Shown here one piece after another: positions 1-14,943 of a stretch of 64,000 nt of DNA. Numbering within the stretch: position 1 is the stretch's first letter; each line of letters opens with the position of its first letter. Source of the stretch: the human T2T-CHM13v2.0 reference genome, Homo sapiens. Under the pieces are notes generated by a model. It saw nothing but the letters and a program-made list of their open reading frames with translations. It did not search any database and was not told where the DNA came from. The translations under genes and the position numbers were made by a program. The stretch lies in the NCBI RefSeq assembly GCF_009914755.1, contig NC_060937.1; one strand, 5' to 3'.

Positions 1-989
1 TATGCCAGTACCATGCTGTTTTGGTTACAATAGCTCTGTAGTATAATTTGAAGTTAGGTAATGTGATTCCTCCAGTTTTCTCCTTTTTGCCTAGGATGGC
101 TTTGGCTATTCTGGGTCTTTTTTGGTTCCATATAAATTTTAGGATTTTTTTTTTCTATTTCTGTGAAGAATGCCATTGGTATTTTGGGGTTGCATTGAAT
201 CTGTAGATTGCTTTGGGTAGTATGGACATTAACAATACTAATTCTTCTAATCCATGAGCAAGAAATATCTTTCCATTTTTTTAGTGTCCTCTTCAATTTA
301 TTGCATCAGTGTTTTATAGTTTTCATTGTACAGAGCTCTCACTTCTTCGGTTAAGTTTATTCTGAGGTATTTTATTTGTAGCTGTTATAAATGGGAATAC
401 TTTCTTGATTTCTTTCAGCTTGTTCATTGCTGGAAATACTACTGATTTTTGTATGTTGATTTTTTCTCTGCAACTTTACTAAATTTTTTAATTAATTGTA
501 GTAGGTTTTTGGTGGAGTCTTTAGGTTATTCCAAATGTAAGATTATGCCATCTGTAGCACAAAGGTAATTTGACTCCTTCATTTCCAATTTAGATGGCTT
601 TTATTTTGTTCTCTTGTCTGACTGCTCTATCGAGGACCTCCAGTACTGTGTGGAATAACAGTGGTGAAAGTGGGCCTCCTTATCACATTCCGGATCTTAA
701 AGGAAAGGCTTTCAGTTTTTCCTAATTCAGTATGATGCTACCTGCAGGTATGTCCTATATGGCTTTTCTTGTATTGAGGTATGCTTCTTCTGTAACCAGT
801 TTTTTGAGGGTTTTGTTTTTTAATCATGAAGGGATGTTAAATTTTATCAAATGCCTTTTCAGCATCAATTGAAATAATCATGATTTTTGTCCATTCTGTT
901 GATATGATGTATCATATTGATTGATTTTACTTATGTTGAACCATCCTTCCATCCCTGTGATAAATCCCACTTGGTCATGATAAATGATC

Positions 990-1290
990 TTTTTTTTTTT
1001 TTTTTTGAGACAGAGTCTTGCTCTGTCGCCCAGGCTGGAGTGCAGTGGCACACGATCTCGGCTCCCTGCAAGCTCCACCTCCTGGGTTCACGCCATTCTC
1101 CTGCCTCAGCCTCCCGAGTAGCTGGGACTACAGGCACCCGTCACCACACCCAGCTAATTTTTTTGTATTTTTAGTAGAGACAGGGTTTCAGCGTGTTAGC
1201 CAGGATGGTCTCGATCTCCTGACCTCGTGCTCCACCTGCATCAGCCTCCCAAAGTGCTGGGATTACAGGCATGAGCCACTGCGCCCGGCC
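990..1290 (-). mobile_element. AluY inserted in the L1 ORF2 remnant
   Basis: Poly-T, dimeric Alu body, AluY-type gcaagctcc/ttcacgccattc/gttagccaggatgg; imperfect TSD gataaatgatctttt (979-993) vs gatgaataatctttt (1291-1305). Confidence 0.95.
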
Positions 1291-2597
1291 GATGAATAAT
1301 CTTTTAAATGTGTTGTTGGATTTGGTTTGCTAGTATTTTGTTGGGGACTTTTGCAATAATGTTCATGGGGAATATTAGCTTGTAGTTTTGTTTTGGTTTG
1401 GGGATTTTTTTTTTTTTTTTGGAAGTGTCTTTGTCTAGTTTTGGTATCGGTAGTATGGCCTCATAAAATAAGTTTGGAAGTATTCCCTCCGCCTCTGTTT
1501 TTTGAAATGGTTTGAGTAGTATTGATATTAATTCTTTATTTGGCAAAATTCCACAGTGAAGCCGTTGGGTCCCAGGGTTTTCTTTGCTGGGAGACTTTTT
1601 ATTATGGCTTCAATCTCATTACTTGTTACTGGTCTATTTAGGAGTTGGATTTCTTCATGGTTCAATCTTGGTAGGTTGTATGTGTCTAGGAATTTATCAA
1701 TTTCTTCTAGGTTTTTTAAGCTATTGGTATATAGTTGCTCATAGTAGTCCCTAATGATCCTTTGAATTTCTGCAGTATCAGTTGTAATGTCTCCTTTTTC
1801 ATCTCTGATTTTACGTATTTGGGTTGGCTCTCTCTTTCTGTCTAAAGGGTTGTCAATTTTGTTTATCTTTTCAAAAAATCAACTTTTCATTTTTGTTGAT
1901 CTTTTATATTTATTTCATTTCAATTTCATGTATTTCTGCTTTGATCTTTATTATTTATTTCTACTAATTTTGGGTTTCATTCTCTTTTCTAGTTCTTTAA
2001 GACACATTTTTAGATTAGTTATTTGATGTTTTTCTTCTTTTTTGATGTAGGCTCTTATTGCTTTCCTCTAGTATTGCTTTCACTGTATCCTATAGGTTTT
2101 GGTATGTTGTGTTTCCATTTTCCATTTTCATTCTTTTCCAAGAAATTTTAAATTTTAAATTTTAATTTTTTTATTGACTCACTGGTTGTTCAGGAGCATC
2201 TTATTCAATTTTCACGTGTTTGTATACTTGTTCTTGCTATTGATTTCTTGTTCTGTTGTAGTCAGAGAAGATATGTGATATGATTTTAATTTTTTAAAAT
2301 GTTTTAAGTTGAGTTTTGTGGCCTAACATGTGGTCCGTCCTCAAGAATGATTCATGTGCTAAGGAGAAAAATGTGTATTCTGCAGCCATTGGATGAAGTG
2401 TTTTGTAAATATGTATTAGATCCATTTGGTCTATTGTATAGATTAAGTCCAATGTTTCTTTGTTGATTTTATGTCTGGAAATTCTGTCCAATGCTGAAAG
2501 TGGGGTGTTGAAATCTCCAGCTATTTTACTGGGGGCCTATCTCTCCTTATAGCTCCAATAATATTGCTTTATATATCTAGGTGCTGCAGTGTTGGAT

Positions 2598-2657
2598 GTA
2601 CGTGTGTGTGTGTGTGTGTTTGTGTGCATATATATATGTATGTGTGTATATATATGT
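2598..2657. repeat. (TG)n/(TA)n compound microsatellite
   Basis: Direct reading of gtgtgtgt...tatatat. Confidence 0.9.
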
Positions 2658-4275
2658 AACAATTATAAATATTTTTGTTTATTTCATTTCAATTTCATAC
2701 ATTTCTGCTCTGACCTTTATTATTTATTTTCTTTAATATTTATGTAGATGTATTTATAATTGTATCCTATTGCTAAATTGACCCCTTTGTTATTATATAA
2801 TGACCATCTTTGTGTCTTTTTATAGTTTATGTCTTGAAATCTATTTTATCCTATATAAGTATAGCTACTCCTGCTCTTTTTTGTTTCCATTTGTGTGGGA
2901 TATCTTTTTCCCATGCCTTTATTTGCAGTCTATGTGTGTCTTTATAGGTGAAGTGTGTTTCTTGTAGGCCACAGATCATTGGATCTTGTTTTTTTTAATC
3001 CCTTCAGCCACTCTTTTGATTAGAGAGTTTAGTTCATTTACATTCAATGTTATTGATAAGTAAGGACTTACTCCTGCCATTTTGATATTTGATACTGGTT
3101 TTTTTTTTATTTTGTGGTCCTTCCTTCCTTCCTTCCTTCTTACCGTCCATCTTCCTTTTAGTGAAGGCAATTTTTCCAGGTGGTATGTCTTAATTTTTTA
3201 ATTTTTATTTTTTTTGCGTGTATTTGTTGTAGGTTTTTGGATTTGAGGTTACCATGAGGCTTACAAATAACATCTTATAACCCATTATTTCAAACTGATG
3301 ACAACTTAACACTGATTGCAAAAACTAAGATAAAACTAACAAAAACTATATACTTTAATCTCATCACACTCACTTTAACTTTGTTTCTATTTATATCTTG
3401 TTATATTGTCTAGGTCTTGAAAAGTTGTCATAATTACTATTTTTGATAGGTTCATCTTTTAGTCTTTCTACTCAAGATATGAGTAGTTTACACACCACAA
3501 TTTCAGGGTTATAATATTCTATGTTTGTCTGTGTATTCACTATTGCCAATGAGTTTTGTACCTTCACATGATCTCTTATTGTTTGTTAATGTTTTCTTTC
3601 AGATTGAAGAACTCCCTTTAGCATTTCTTGTAAGACAATTCTGGTATTGATGAAATCCCTCAGCTTTTGTTTGACTAGGAAAGTCTATTTCTTCTTCATG
3701 TTTAAAGGATATTGTTGCTGGATGTGCTATTCTATGATAAATTTTTTTTTCTTCCTTTAGCACTTTAAATATGTCTTGCCACTCTCTCTTGGCCTGGGAG
3801 GTTTCCACTGAGAAGCCTGCTGCCAGACATTGGCATTCCATTGTATGCTATTTGTTTTTTTTCTCTTGCTGCTTTTAGGACCCTTTATCTTTGAACTTTG
3901 GGAGTTTGATTATTCATTGTCTTGATAGTATTATTTGGGTTAAATCTGCTTAGTATTCTACAACCATCTTGTACTTTAGTGTTGATATCTTTCTCTCATT
4001 TTGGAAAGTTATCTGTTATTCAATCAAATAAAATTTTTACCCCAGTCTGTCTCTCTTCCTCCTCTTTAAGGCTAATAACTCTTAGATTTGCACTTTTGAG
4101 GCTATTTTCTAGAACTTGTAGGTATGCTTCATTCATTTTTATTCTTTTTTCTTTCATTTCCTCTGACCATGTATTTTCAAATAGCTTGCTTTCAAGCTCA
4201 CCAATTCTTTCTTCTGCTTGATCAGTTCTGCTGTTGAGAGACTCTGATGCATTGTTTAGTGTGTCAACTGAATTG

Positions 4276-4850
<575 letters not shown>

Positions 4851-6899
4851 CTCAGAACTCCCCAACTGTTGACCAATATTTTGGTCCCCTCAACTCTTGG
4901 AATAGCTGTGATGGGCCTGAAGCCCATAGTGTATTTGTATGGCATGTGTGGTAAATAGAGGAGACTGGTTATGCTTCAGATGATTGAAGCAAAATAAGGC
5001 CACTTATGCTACCCAAGATGTAATGGTAGGAACTCCTTATCTTGCCTGAGTGCCCAAAGTCTCATCTTTTTTGGTTTCCCTCATCAAAGTTTCCTGGGAA
5101 TGTTGAGGGAATGCTTCCATATTTCCCTGAATCCATCCTAATTATCCCTTGTGCTCATGGACAGCTTTTGACTGCCCTACTCTTTTGAAAATCACCTTGG
5201 GCCACCTTGCCAACCTGCTCACAGGTTGCTGTCACTCTCTTAAAATTTTTCTCTCCAAGAGTAGCCCAAGGTTGCCCCCAAATTTCCCACTGCAGAGTTT
5301 ATATTCTTGTAACTTTACTGAAGACTTAGAGAGCCACAGAAGGGAATTTGTGCACAGACCTCAAGACTGGATGCTAGATATGGGTGCTCTCAGAGTCCTC
5401 AGATACAGGCCCCTTAATATCTTTCTTGTGGGCACCTCTCTGCTGAGCTTTTGGCTGGCTTCACCTTGATAGGGTTCAGCTTCTCCTCCTTGCTTTAAAC
5501 TGGTTGGGGCTGACTCACCTCTTCCACAAGGAGTATATCCTAATTGATGTCTTTCCTATCTACACACTCCCAGGTCCAGGAAAGAAGGCATTTTACTAAA
5601 AGAATCCTCATGTGCAGAGATAACAGTTCCAGACACAAGAAAATGTTTCCTTCATAACCTAGCTCTTTTAAGATCTTGCAATTTCAGCAGGAAAGAAAGA
5701 ATCTGAGGCTCTACTTCGAGAGAAACAATCTGCTTGTCCTTTAAAATGAGAGCCTATTTAGCAATTTCGGGAGATAAGTACAGTCTCAGCTAAAACTCCT
5801 CATTACATAATGTATTTCTATGTACATCATTTTATAAACCCATTAAGGAACAGTAAGTTTTGTAGATAAATTCTAGGATATAAATTAGATATTAAAATAT
5901 AAATAATGCTTTTTCTCTGATAGTTCTTAAAATGGGTTTTAGTATTGTTTATCAAGATTAAAAATCAGTTTCACTTTGAATCCTTTTTCATGTAAAATTC
6001 TTGAAATAAGAATGGGTGAGCCACTTTGGGGTCTAGTTCAGGCTGCCTCACAGCGGCTGGCTATATTTCATTTAGACATCTGTCTATCACACTTTTAATG
6101 GTGTTCAATAATATGCTTAAGCAGCATAGGTGCTGAACAAACTCATGGATGCTGAGAAATTTCCAAGGTAATGTATAATCATATCCAATACTTTAAATAA
6201 ATACACAATTTACTTTATAAAATGTTGTCAGTTTTGTACTCAAAACTAATGATAAACTTTGAAATGATTTTCTTTGGTAGCAATCTAATATTTGTATTGT
6301 TTAGCTAGTACTATAAAATGGTGAATATTATTTTCATGTACTAGCATTATTTTATTTGTATTACACTTACATACATTTTTAACTGAGATATTATTTTAGG
6401 TTAATCATCAATGTAATTTAGCAGACAAAAATGATAAATGTATACAGACAATGAAGAGATTTTTCTAAAGCCGAAAAACAAGAAGCTTTTGTTTCTGTCT
6501 CTCTGGCTCTGGATCTACAATATATTTCCTATGAGGTCAGAAGGCAATCTCCTTTCAGAAAATAGTGACATTGCCTTCATAGAGTAAGCATTGATGTTAG
6601 TAAAAACTAGTTATTACAGACTGTGTTTCCTGCACTGACTTAAATTTATTTAGATAAACAAGTTTATTTGAATGAACAATATAGACAAATCTCTTCTGTC
6701 TACATTGCTAATGTTTTTTGTCCTCTTTTTCTCTTACTCTTTCTGGATTTCCTTATGGGATGGTAACACACCCAGCTAAACAATGAAAATCTGAAGTAGA
6801 CCATGTTTCTTTATGTCTTTATACCTGTTATCCAAATTTGTTTGATTGATTACTTCTTATGGGTGGTTTTAATATTAGGTAACAATAATAATAAAATGA

Positions 6900-7095
6900 T
6901 AATTGCTTCATATATTTCATTTTATAAAGATTTTCCAGTTTAAGTCTCTGGAAATAGTGGAGTAATATCATTATTTTCATTTTATAGGTATGGAAACAGA
7001 ATTCAAACAGTTGAATGATTTCCTAAATTTTTAGAGCTGGGACTCAAACTCAGGTTATCTGATTTCAAATTCTATTAATGTTAATTTCATTATAC
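6900..7095 (-). mobile_element. MIR relic
   Basis: cattttataggtatggaaacaga...gagctgggactcaaactcagg resembles the antisense MIR core. Confidence 0.6.
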
Positions 7096-7214
7096 CACAT
7101 TGCTTTAGTCTATTGACTTATTCATTAAACAATTGTTCAACACCTTCTAAGTATTCAGCATTTCAAGAATGGAATGTTGGTAGAGGCCAAGATAAACCAG
7201 TTCATTAAGATGTT

Positions 7215-7400
7215 TGATAGTAACTAATGTTTATTGACTACTTAAAATATGCTAGGAATTTTTCATCTATTTCCTTTAGCTATCACCATACACTACGGTA
7301 AATATTGTTTCTGACTTACAGATGAGGCAAATGAGGCTTGAAGAGCTTAAATACCTTGCCCAAGAGGTATCTGAAGCCCAATTGCCTGATTCCAGAGCCT
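7215..7400 (-). mobile_element. MIR relic
   Basis: ttacagatgaggcaaatgaggcttgaagagcttaaataccttgcccaag. Confidence 0.65.
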
Positions 7401-9049
7401 TATGGTTGGAGGAAGCTCATGTATATATAGCTGTTTATTGAGTGCTATGTACCACATACTTTTACTACGTCCTGTTTATATAAGATGAAGAGACAAAGTC
7501 CCTGATTTGAAAGACTAAACCATCCTATTAAGGGTGTAGATGAGTAAATAATGAGTGAGACTATCAGTACCAAGGGGGCAAGGTGTTTATTAGAACCACC
7601 ATAGGTGAGCAGGCTCATGACCAGTGCAAAGAAGTAATTGCAGAAGTATCTCCAGCTATTTTTATTTTCTATTATTTATTTATAAACTTCTAAATATGTA
7701 TTTATTACAAACTTCTAAATTATTTTTTTCTCACACATCTCAAAATGCTACAAGCATTAGAATAAAGACAGTATTCAATGAATCCTTTCTAATTGAATAT
7801 ATTATGTGGAAGAATTATTTCAAATAAACATGATTTGGTGGGTTGCTAATAGTAAGTGCCTTGCTCTAAGATTCTTAAATTTAAGAGGCTATAAGATAAT
7901 TTCTCATTTGAATAATTTGTCTTTGAATAAAAATAAATTACATATATTTGCAAAAACATGTTGTCAATAAAGCACCATCCAAAATATCATCATTTGGCCT
8001 TATGTTTCAGTTTGCTAAAGCTAAAGATCCTAGAGGAAGACATGTATGTGCCTTTCTATGGCTGCCACTAATGCTGTCAGTTTTAGATTTTTGTCTATTA
8101 TAAAAGACACTGTAAAATAACAAATAATTTTTCTTTGTAACACACATACTCAATAGTTAATAGACTGCATTTTGCATTTCGTGTTTAAGAAGGTCCCCAC
8201 CTGAAACTCCTCTTAAAAGTAAAGAAAGTAAAGCATCTCTTTGCACCATTATTATTAATCCTGGATTGGGCAAATGGGCTTTCTTCCATATTGTGCTTTT
8301 ACTAACTGCTGAAGAGAGTATCTTACAGACAAGGAAGGTGGGTTTCTGATGAGTTTGCTGCCAGTTATGTCACTTAGCCTTAGAAACTCTCCTTGTTGTA
8401 AAAGTAATAGTAATAATAAAATAAAAACTTTGCAAACCTCTAACAGAAGATGACATTCACAGACCAGGGGCAGACAGAATTTAAAGATGGTCACTGTAGT
8501 TGTTAACATCTACTGTAGGCTTTTTAGAGAAGTTGATAATGAGCTCAAAAGTATAAAAAGCTCAAAGATTTATTTTGGATGACTCAAGTACCCCTTTACT
8601 TAAAATCAGTGCTCTTGATTTCCAACTGCAAGGAATGAGGGCCCTTGTTGAATCCACTTCCAGACTTTTTTCCAGTTTTGAACATCTATATTCTCTTATG
8701 GATATAGAAAACCTACACAAAGGCATTGACCCCGATTACCCAGAATGATGGCTAAATCTTTGCAGATGGCTCCTAATGAGTCTACATGTAAAATCCTGAT
8801 ATTCGGTCCAGAAAGAGCATATATAAAGGATGGATGGAGAGGATGTGCTAGCATTGGTTCATTTAAAAAAAAAAAAAAAAAGATAAAAGATACATTTTTT
8901 TTTTAACTCACCATGAGGTCAATATGACTTCTCATTTTCTGGTAACTCTCCTCCTGATACTGCTTTACTTTGGGCTAATTCAAGAGAGACACTATTTCAT
9001 AAATGAGAAGGTGAAAGTTCAGGTGGTCAGAGTTCTTGGAGGATTGTGC

Positions 9050-9200
9050 TTTGTTTAATTCTCAGAACAATCCGTGAAGTAAGTATAATTTTTATTTGTG
9101 TTTTACAAATGAGATGATTGGGATACAGAGAAGTTAGGTAATTTGAAACATATCACATAAGTCACAGACTTAGTAAATGGATGATCTGGAATTAAATATA
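9050..9200 (-). mobile_element. MIR relic
   Basis: ttttacaaatgagatgattgggatacagagaagttaggtaatttg. Confidence 0.55.
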
Positions 9201-10441
9201 TGTCAATGTATAATAATAGAACATGGTAAAAAATGCAAATGTTCTAGAAGAAAATAAAATTAAATAAAGTTTCTACTTTCAATGTTTTTTTTTCCTTGCA
9301 GTCCCCCTTACTAGAGGTAACCAAACTGGTAGAGTTAAAAATGAACTCTTATTGTTTTTAGTCTTTCTAGGGATGACTACTAGAACTCCAAATAGTATGG
9401 CCTTATTTCTTGACCTATGATTGTAAATAGTTTTAATAATGCTCTGCTCTAAGAAGTAAGGAATTTAGTGCATTATTTCCTTTCCTCATCTCTTCTCCCC
9501 TTTGAATCCCAGGTTTCATTGATTACATTTTTTAGTTCTATTTTTTTTTATTTCGACTTTAAATAATGTACTTAAATCTCGTTCTTGTTTTTTCAAATGT
9601 TCACTGTATCTTTTGATTTCCCACTCTCAGAATAATCAGTTAACACCTTTTTACATCTCTCCTCTTCTCCTCTCCATCTTTATTTCAGGCATCTGCTAGC
9701 TAAGATGTTGTTTTTCATTGTTGAGATTTTTAACAATTGCATTCTAATCTGACACTGTAGGTAAGTCTTCTGTGCTTTGTCTGTAGGTTGATTCTAAAAT
9801 TAAAAAGTAATTTAAAAGATTTATAATACAATAATTATGGTATATTTTTTCTGAAGAACCAACTAATATAATTTGAATCACAGATAAGTAAATAATAACT
9901 CTATATCACTAAACAAATATCAAAGATGGATTTTTAAAAATTTTATGCTCAAAATCATTTCTCATTTTAATTTACTTGTTTGAATTTTAAATTTTTTTGA
10001 GCTTTTCCCCTGAAATTTTCAATTATCTCTCTTTATTATTGTTGATATAGGAAACATTTTTATATAAACCCTTTTTTATATATTTTAAAAGTTTATAAAT
10101 CATTAAGAAGTTTAAACTTCTTAATAATGCTATTTGTCCTGAAGTTCTAGAAATTTTGACTTCTCAGAGTTCTAACTGTCTATTCTATTTTGGTCTGACT
10201 CATTTCTGGACCTGCCACAGAAATCTCAGGATTTATTTTCATCATGCTCCTGGATTAAGTCCTCTATGTCTTGAATCACATTTCTTTTTTTAGTGGATAT
10301 CATCTTGGGAACATTTTGTGCATTTCTGGAGAATATCTTCAAAAGATTTTTATTTTTTCAGAAAGATTGCACGGAAAGTTAGGTTTCTGAGGCCTTGTAT
10401 ATTAGAAAATTATTTATTTAGCCTCTGTCTTGAGGTTGCTT

Positions 10442-11125
<684 letters not shown>

Positions 11126-11779
11126 CATTTATTATACCCTCAAATGATAGTTTGGTTGAATGCACAACTTTACATTGAAAATCATTTGCCTATAGAACTT
11201 TAAATACATTGCTAATACATTTTTCTAATAGCATCTTCTATTGATGATGAAAAGTCTGATGAAAATTTCTTTGAAGATAAAAATTATTGTATTTTCTTCT
11301 TGGAAGCTTATTAGATCTATTCAGTATTCTTACATTCTGAAACTTCCTTATAATGTGCCATACTATAGACATTTTTTCCACTCATTTTGTTTGACATTTA
11401 GTATTTCCTTTCAGTTTCATGTGTATGCTTTACTTCAGTTCAGAGGTGGAAAAAAGCTCTCTCAAATTTTTTGTTCTATTCTTCCATTTGTTCTTTTCTC
11501 TCTAAATACATTATTGGACCAAATTTTATGCCCCTCAGTTTATCTGCCATGTATCTAAACTTTCCTCTCATATTTTATGCTTCTGCTTTTTGTTTTATAA
11601 TGAGAGAAAATGATTTTACTCTTTTAGTCTTCCCTTTGTATTTTTTTAATTTGCCAATCTTAGGTTTCAAATTCTCTGGCTGTTCCTTTTTCATAGCAAA
11701 CTGTTCTTGTTGTTTGGATGAACTATCTTATGAATCTCTTTGAGGAGATTGTAACAATTCTAAGTGTGTTTGACCATGA

Positions 11780-12530
11780 GTAGTAGAAAATCCAATTATA
11801 GTAGCTTCAAAAACAAAAGAATGTATTTGTCTCTTGCAGCAAGAATCTGAGGATAGGCAAATTGGAGTTGTTCTAGTGAAGACAGTCTCTCCATTTTGAA
11901 GGTCTGTCATCTTTAGCATGTAGGCCTCTTTCCTCATGCTTACCCCTGCATGGTCACATGAAAGTTACTGAGCTTCCAGACATTACATCAGGTTCCAAAC
12001 AACAAGAAGAGATAAAAGCCAAAGACTGAATTTAATCTGTATCTTTTCTTTTTTTTTTTTTTTAAGATGGAGTCTTGCTCTGTCACCAGGCTGGAGTGCA
12101 GTGCACGATCTTGGCTCAGTGCAACCTTTGCCTCCTGGGTTCAAGTGATTCCCCTGCCTCAGCCTCCCAGGTAGCTGGGACTACAGGCATGGGCCACCAT
12201 GCTCAGCTAATTTTTTTGTATTTTAGTAGAGACGGGGTTTCACCATGTTGGCCAGGATGGTCTCAATCTCCTGACCTGGTGATCCGCTGCCTCGGCCTTT
12301 CAAAGTGCTGGGATTATAGGCGTGAGCCGCCGCTCCCGGCCCTAATCTATATCTCTTCTATATCTAAAGATATCTACATATTTTTAAATACTTTCCTGAA
12401 AGTCCTACACAGTGACTGATGCTTACATATCACTGTTCAGAATTAAGTCACATGGCTACACTAGATTAATCATTGGGAGGTATTTCAAGAGGAGTTGCGA
12501 GTGGAATTAAGTCAGTTAACTAAGTGTCCA
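11780..12530 (-). mobile_element. MaLR LTR (MLT1J/K/L-like), split by an Alu
   Basis: gagcttccagacattacatc and gcttacatatcactgttcagaattaagtcacatggctacac are typical old MLT1 text. Confidence 0.55.
12045..12341 (-). mobile_element. AluS (Sc-like)
   Basis: Poly-T, ctctgtcaccagg, ttggccaggatggtctc; TSD taatct(g/a)tatct at 12033-12044 and 12343-12354. Confidence 0.92.
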
Positions 12531-13879
12531 CCAAAGATACTAACTGAAGTTTTAATAGATGTCTACTTCTTTCTTTATTTTCTCTTTTATTGTTCTGTTT
12601 CTTAAATAACTGATCATACTTGGCTTCACTTGTATCTCAAGAACTAGATAGACAAATTTATGACTGTCCTTTTTTGTTTCAAATTATTTTTCTCTTTTTG
12701 TGTATTTACCACTTATGGTAAAGATAAGGTTCCTCAAGTTTTATTATCTGTTTTTTCAAGCATTTCTCATTTTGAAAACTTTGCTATATTACTTATTCTC
12801 TTACATGGTGGGATTATGATAGTCACAAAATGCTGTCACATATGAGAAAAATTCCAGGTTTTACCTGATTACCAAAGGTAGCTTTTTCTTCAATTAGATG
12901 TGTAACTGTTTAGTCCTCCACTTACTTTTATACTATATACATATTCACTTTTCACTGTGGGTATGTGATCTTGTTCTTATTTAATTCTGGATCGTTGCCA
13001 AAAAAACTTGAACTGAACTAGAACAGCTCATTTTCCAATTAGCTCATATTTGTTTTCATTCTTTTTCTTTTTTTCATGGGCTTCTGAAAAGATTTTGCTT
13101 TGGGTTTTTGAGTGGGGGAAAAGTGAAAAGATAGAAATAAAAAGATTAGGGGATTGGGCCTATAGAAAAAGAAAGGTAAAATGTTGTTTTTGAAAGTTTC
13201 CCTTCCTTGAATTAGTATCATTTTACAAGTATGGTTACATATTCTGTTTTCATTAGCGCTGAGCTTTACTAGTTTATAAAATCTTTAGAAATAAATTTTT
13301 AAAAAGTGTATTAGGAAGATACTAATTAAACCTATACTGACATAACAAGGCCGAGAATGGGATGTAATGGAAGGTGGAGTGTGGGGAGGAGAGAAGATGG
13401 AGGGTGTAAGAGAAGCACCTGTGGCTTTCTTGTGTGGGCCTTTGCTAGAAGGTAGGAAGAGAAAAACATATATTAATATATCTTGATCATCTGTTAACTT
13501 TTTGGAAGCTCAGCAGATATGCATCCCTAAGATAATATTTGAACGAACATTTAGACTTTGAAGTGTTTTAGTGGTAAAATCCATGACGTTTTGCAGAGCA
13601 AGTCTAAGAATTCACCCAGAAATGGCATCAGTATAGTCCAGATTGATTAAGATGGTTTTGATTTCATATGTATTTTTTATTTTAAACATACATTTTGTTA
13701 AATATAACTGCATTTAATGTATATGGTTTCACAAAATATATTACATATAAATATTTATAAAAATATTCTGTCGTATTAAATGTACACAGAGACTAGGTGG
13801 CTACTGGAAGAGAAAACATAGGCGAAATTACATTCCTAAGATTATTCACTTAACAGCAGAGGCAGGACTAAGTAAGGAA

Positions 13880-14015
13880 AAGGATTAATGTTTGAGCCAC
13901 TGCATTGTGTTAGATGCACAGTAGGCTATTTATATAAATCATTGTTTTTAATCTTATAACTTTCAAAGAAACTGTTATCTCTATTTTAAATATAAGGAAT
14001 CTGAGAGCATAAATA
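13880..14015 (-). mobile_element. MIR relic interrupted by Tigger2a
   Basis: tgttatctctattttaaatataaggaatctgagagc. Confidence 0.5.
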
Positions 14016-14506
14016 CCATTGACTCTTGAGCAATGCAGAAGTTAGGGGTACTGACCTCCCTACAATTGAAAATCTGCATATAACCTTTAACTCTCCCCAA
14101 ACCTAACTACTGGTAGTCTACTGTTGACTGGAAGCCTTACCGATAACATAAACAGTCGACTAGCACATATTTTATATGCTCTAAGTATTATATGCCGTAT
14201 TCTTACAATAAAGTAGCTAGAGAAGAGAAAAAATATTATTAAGAATATCGGAAGGAAGATAAAATATATTTAGTATTCATTAAGTGAAAGTGGATTATCC
14301 TAAAGGTCTTCATCCTCATTGTTTTCATGTTGAGTAGGCTGAGGAAAAGGAGGAAGAGGAGGGGTTGGTTTTGCTGTCTCAGGGGTATCAGAGGTGGAAG
14401 AGGGGGAGGACATGAAAGTGGAGACAGGAGAGTCAGGACAGTCCATGTAACTTTTACTGAACTTGATCCCTGCAGTTCAAACCAGTGTTGTTCAAGGGTC
14501 AAGCTG
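14016..14506. mobile_element. Tigger2a/MER28-like non-autonomous TcMar DNA transposon
   Basis: Terminal inverted repeats cattgactcttgagcaa ... gttgttcaagggtcaagctg, TA on the left; internal tgttgactggaagccttaccgataacataaacagtcga. Confidence 0.8.
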
Positions 14507-14536
14507 TTGAAAAATTCTCAGAGTTAGTTCAAGGAG

Positions 14537-14943
14537 TGTATGAATTTGCTATGGTTGCTGTGACAAAATACCATAGGCTGGGTGGCTTAAACAACAGAAA
14601 TCTATTTTCTCACAGTTCTGGAGGCTTGAAATCCAAGATCACGGTGTCAGCAGGGTTACATTCTTTTGAAGCCTCTTTTCTTGACTTGTAGATACTTTTT
14701 CTGGTATCTTTTTGCAGTGTCCTCACGTGGTCTTTCCTCTTTGTGAGCACACTCATTGTGTCTCTCTGTGTCCGGATTGCTTCTTCTTATAGGAATTGAA
14801 TTAGGGCACACGCCCGACAACCTCATTTTGACTTAATCACCTCTTTGAAGACCCTGTCTCTAAGGCAGTACCATTCTGAGGTAATAGGGGTTAGGACTTC
14901 AACATATGAATTCTTGGTGGGGGGCCATATTTAGTTTATAAGA
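14537..14943 (-). mobile_element. MaLR solo LTR (MLT1A/B/C-like)
   Basis: acaaaataccataggctgggtggcttaaacaacagaaat..tctcacagttctggaggc..aatccaagatc; gggttaggacttcaacatatgaatt. Confidence 0.88.

Larger units (their letters stand above)
1..4275 (-). mobile_element. Old degenerate LINE-1 (L1MA-like): ORF2 remnant, inter-ORF spacer and ORF1 remnant; continues left of the window
   Basis: Minus-strand fragments resemble ORF2p (KWKDISCSWIRRI at 54-296; EGILPNLFYEA at 1304-1546; [17 protein letters not shown] at 878-1078; EN-like YTFFS..TDHMLGHK at 2294-2491) and ORF1p (KREWQDIFKVLKE at 3599-3841; DQAEERIGELE at 4020-4415); many stops and indels. Confidence 0.9.

Noticed and set aside
878-1299. Overlapping ORFs here and at 4366-4734, 10607-10897, 12075-12419, 46493-46923, 49376-49761 and 53325-53596
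   Set aside because: All are translations of Alu sequence, not genes
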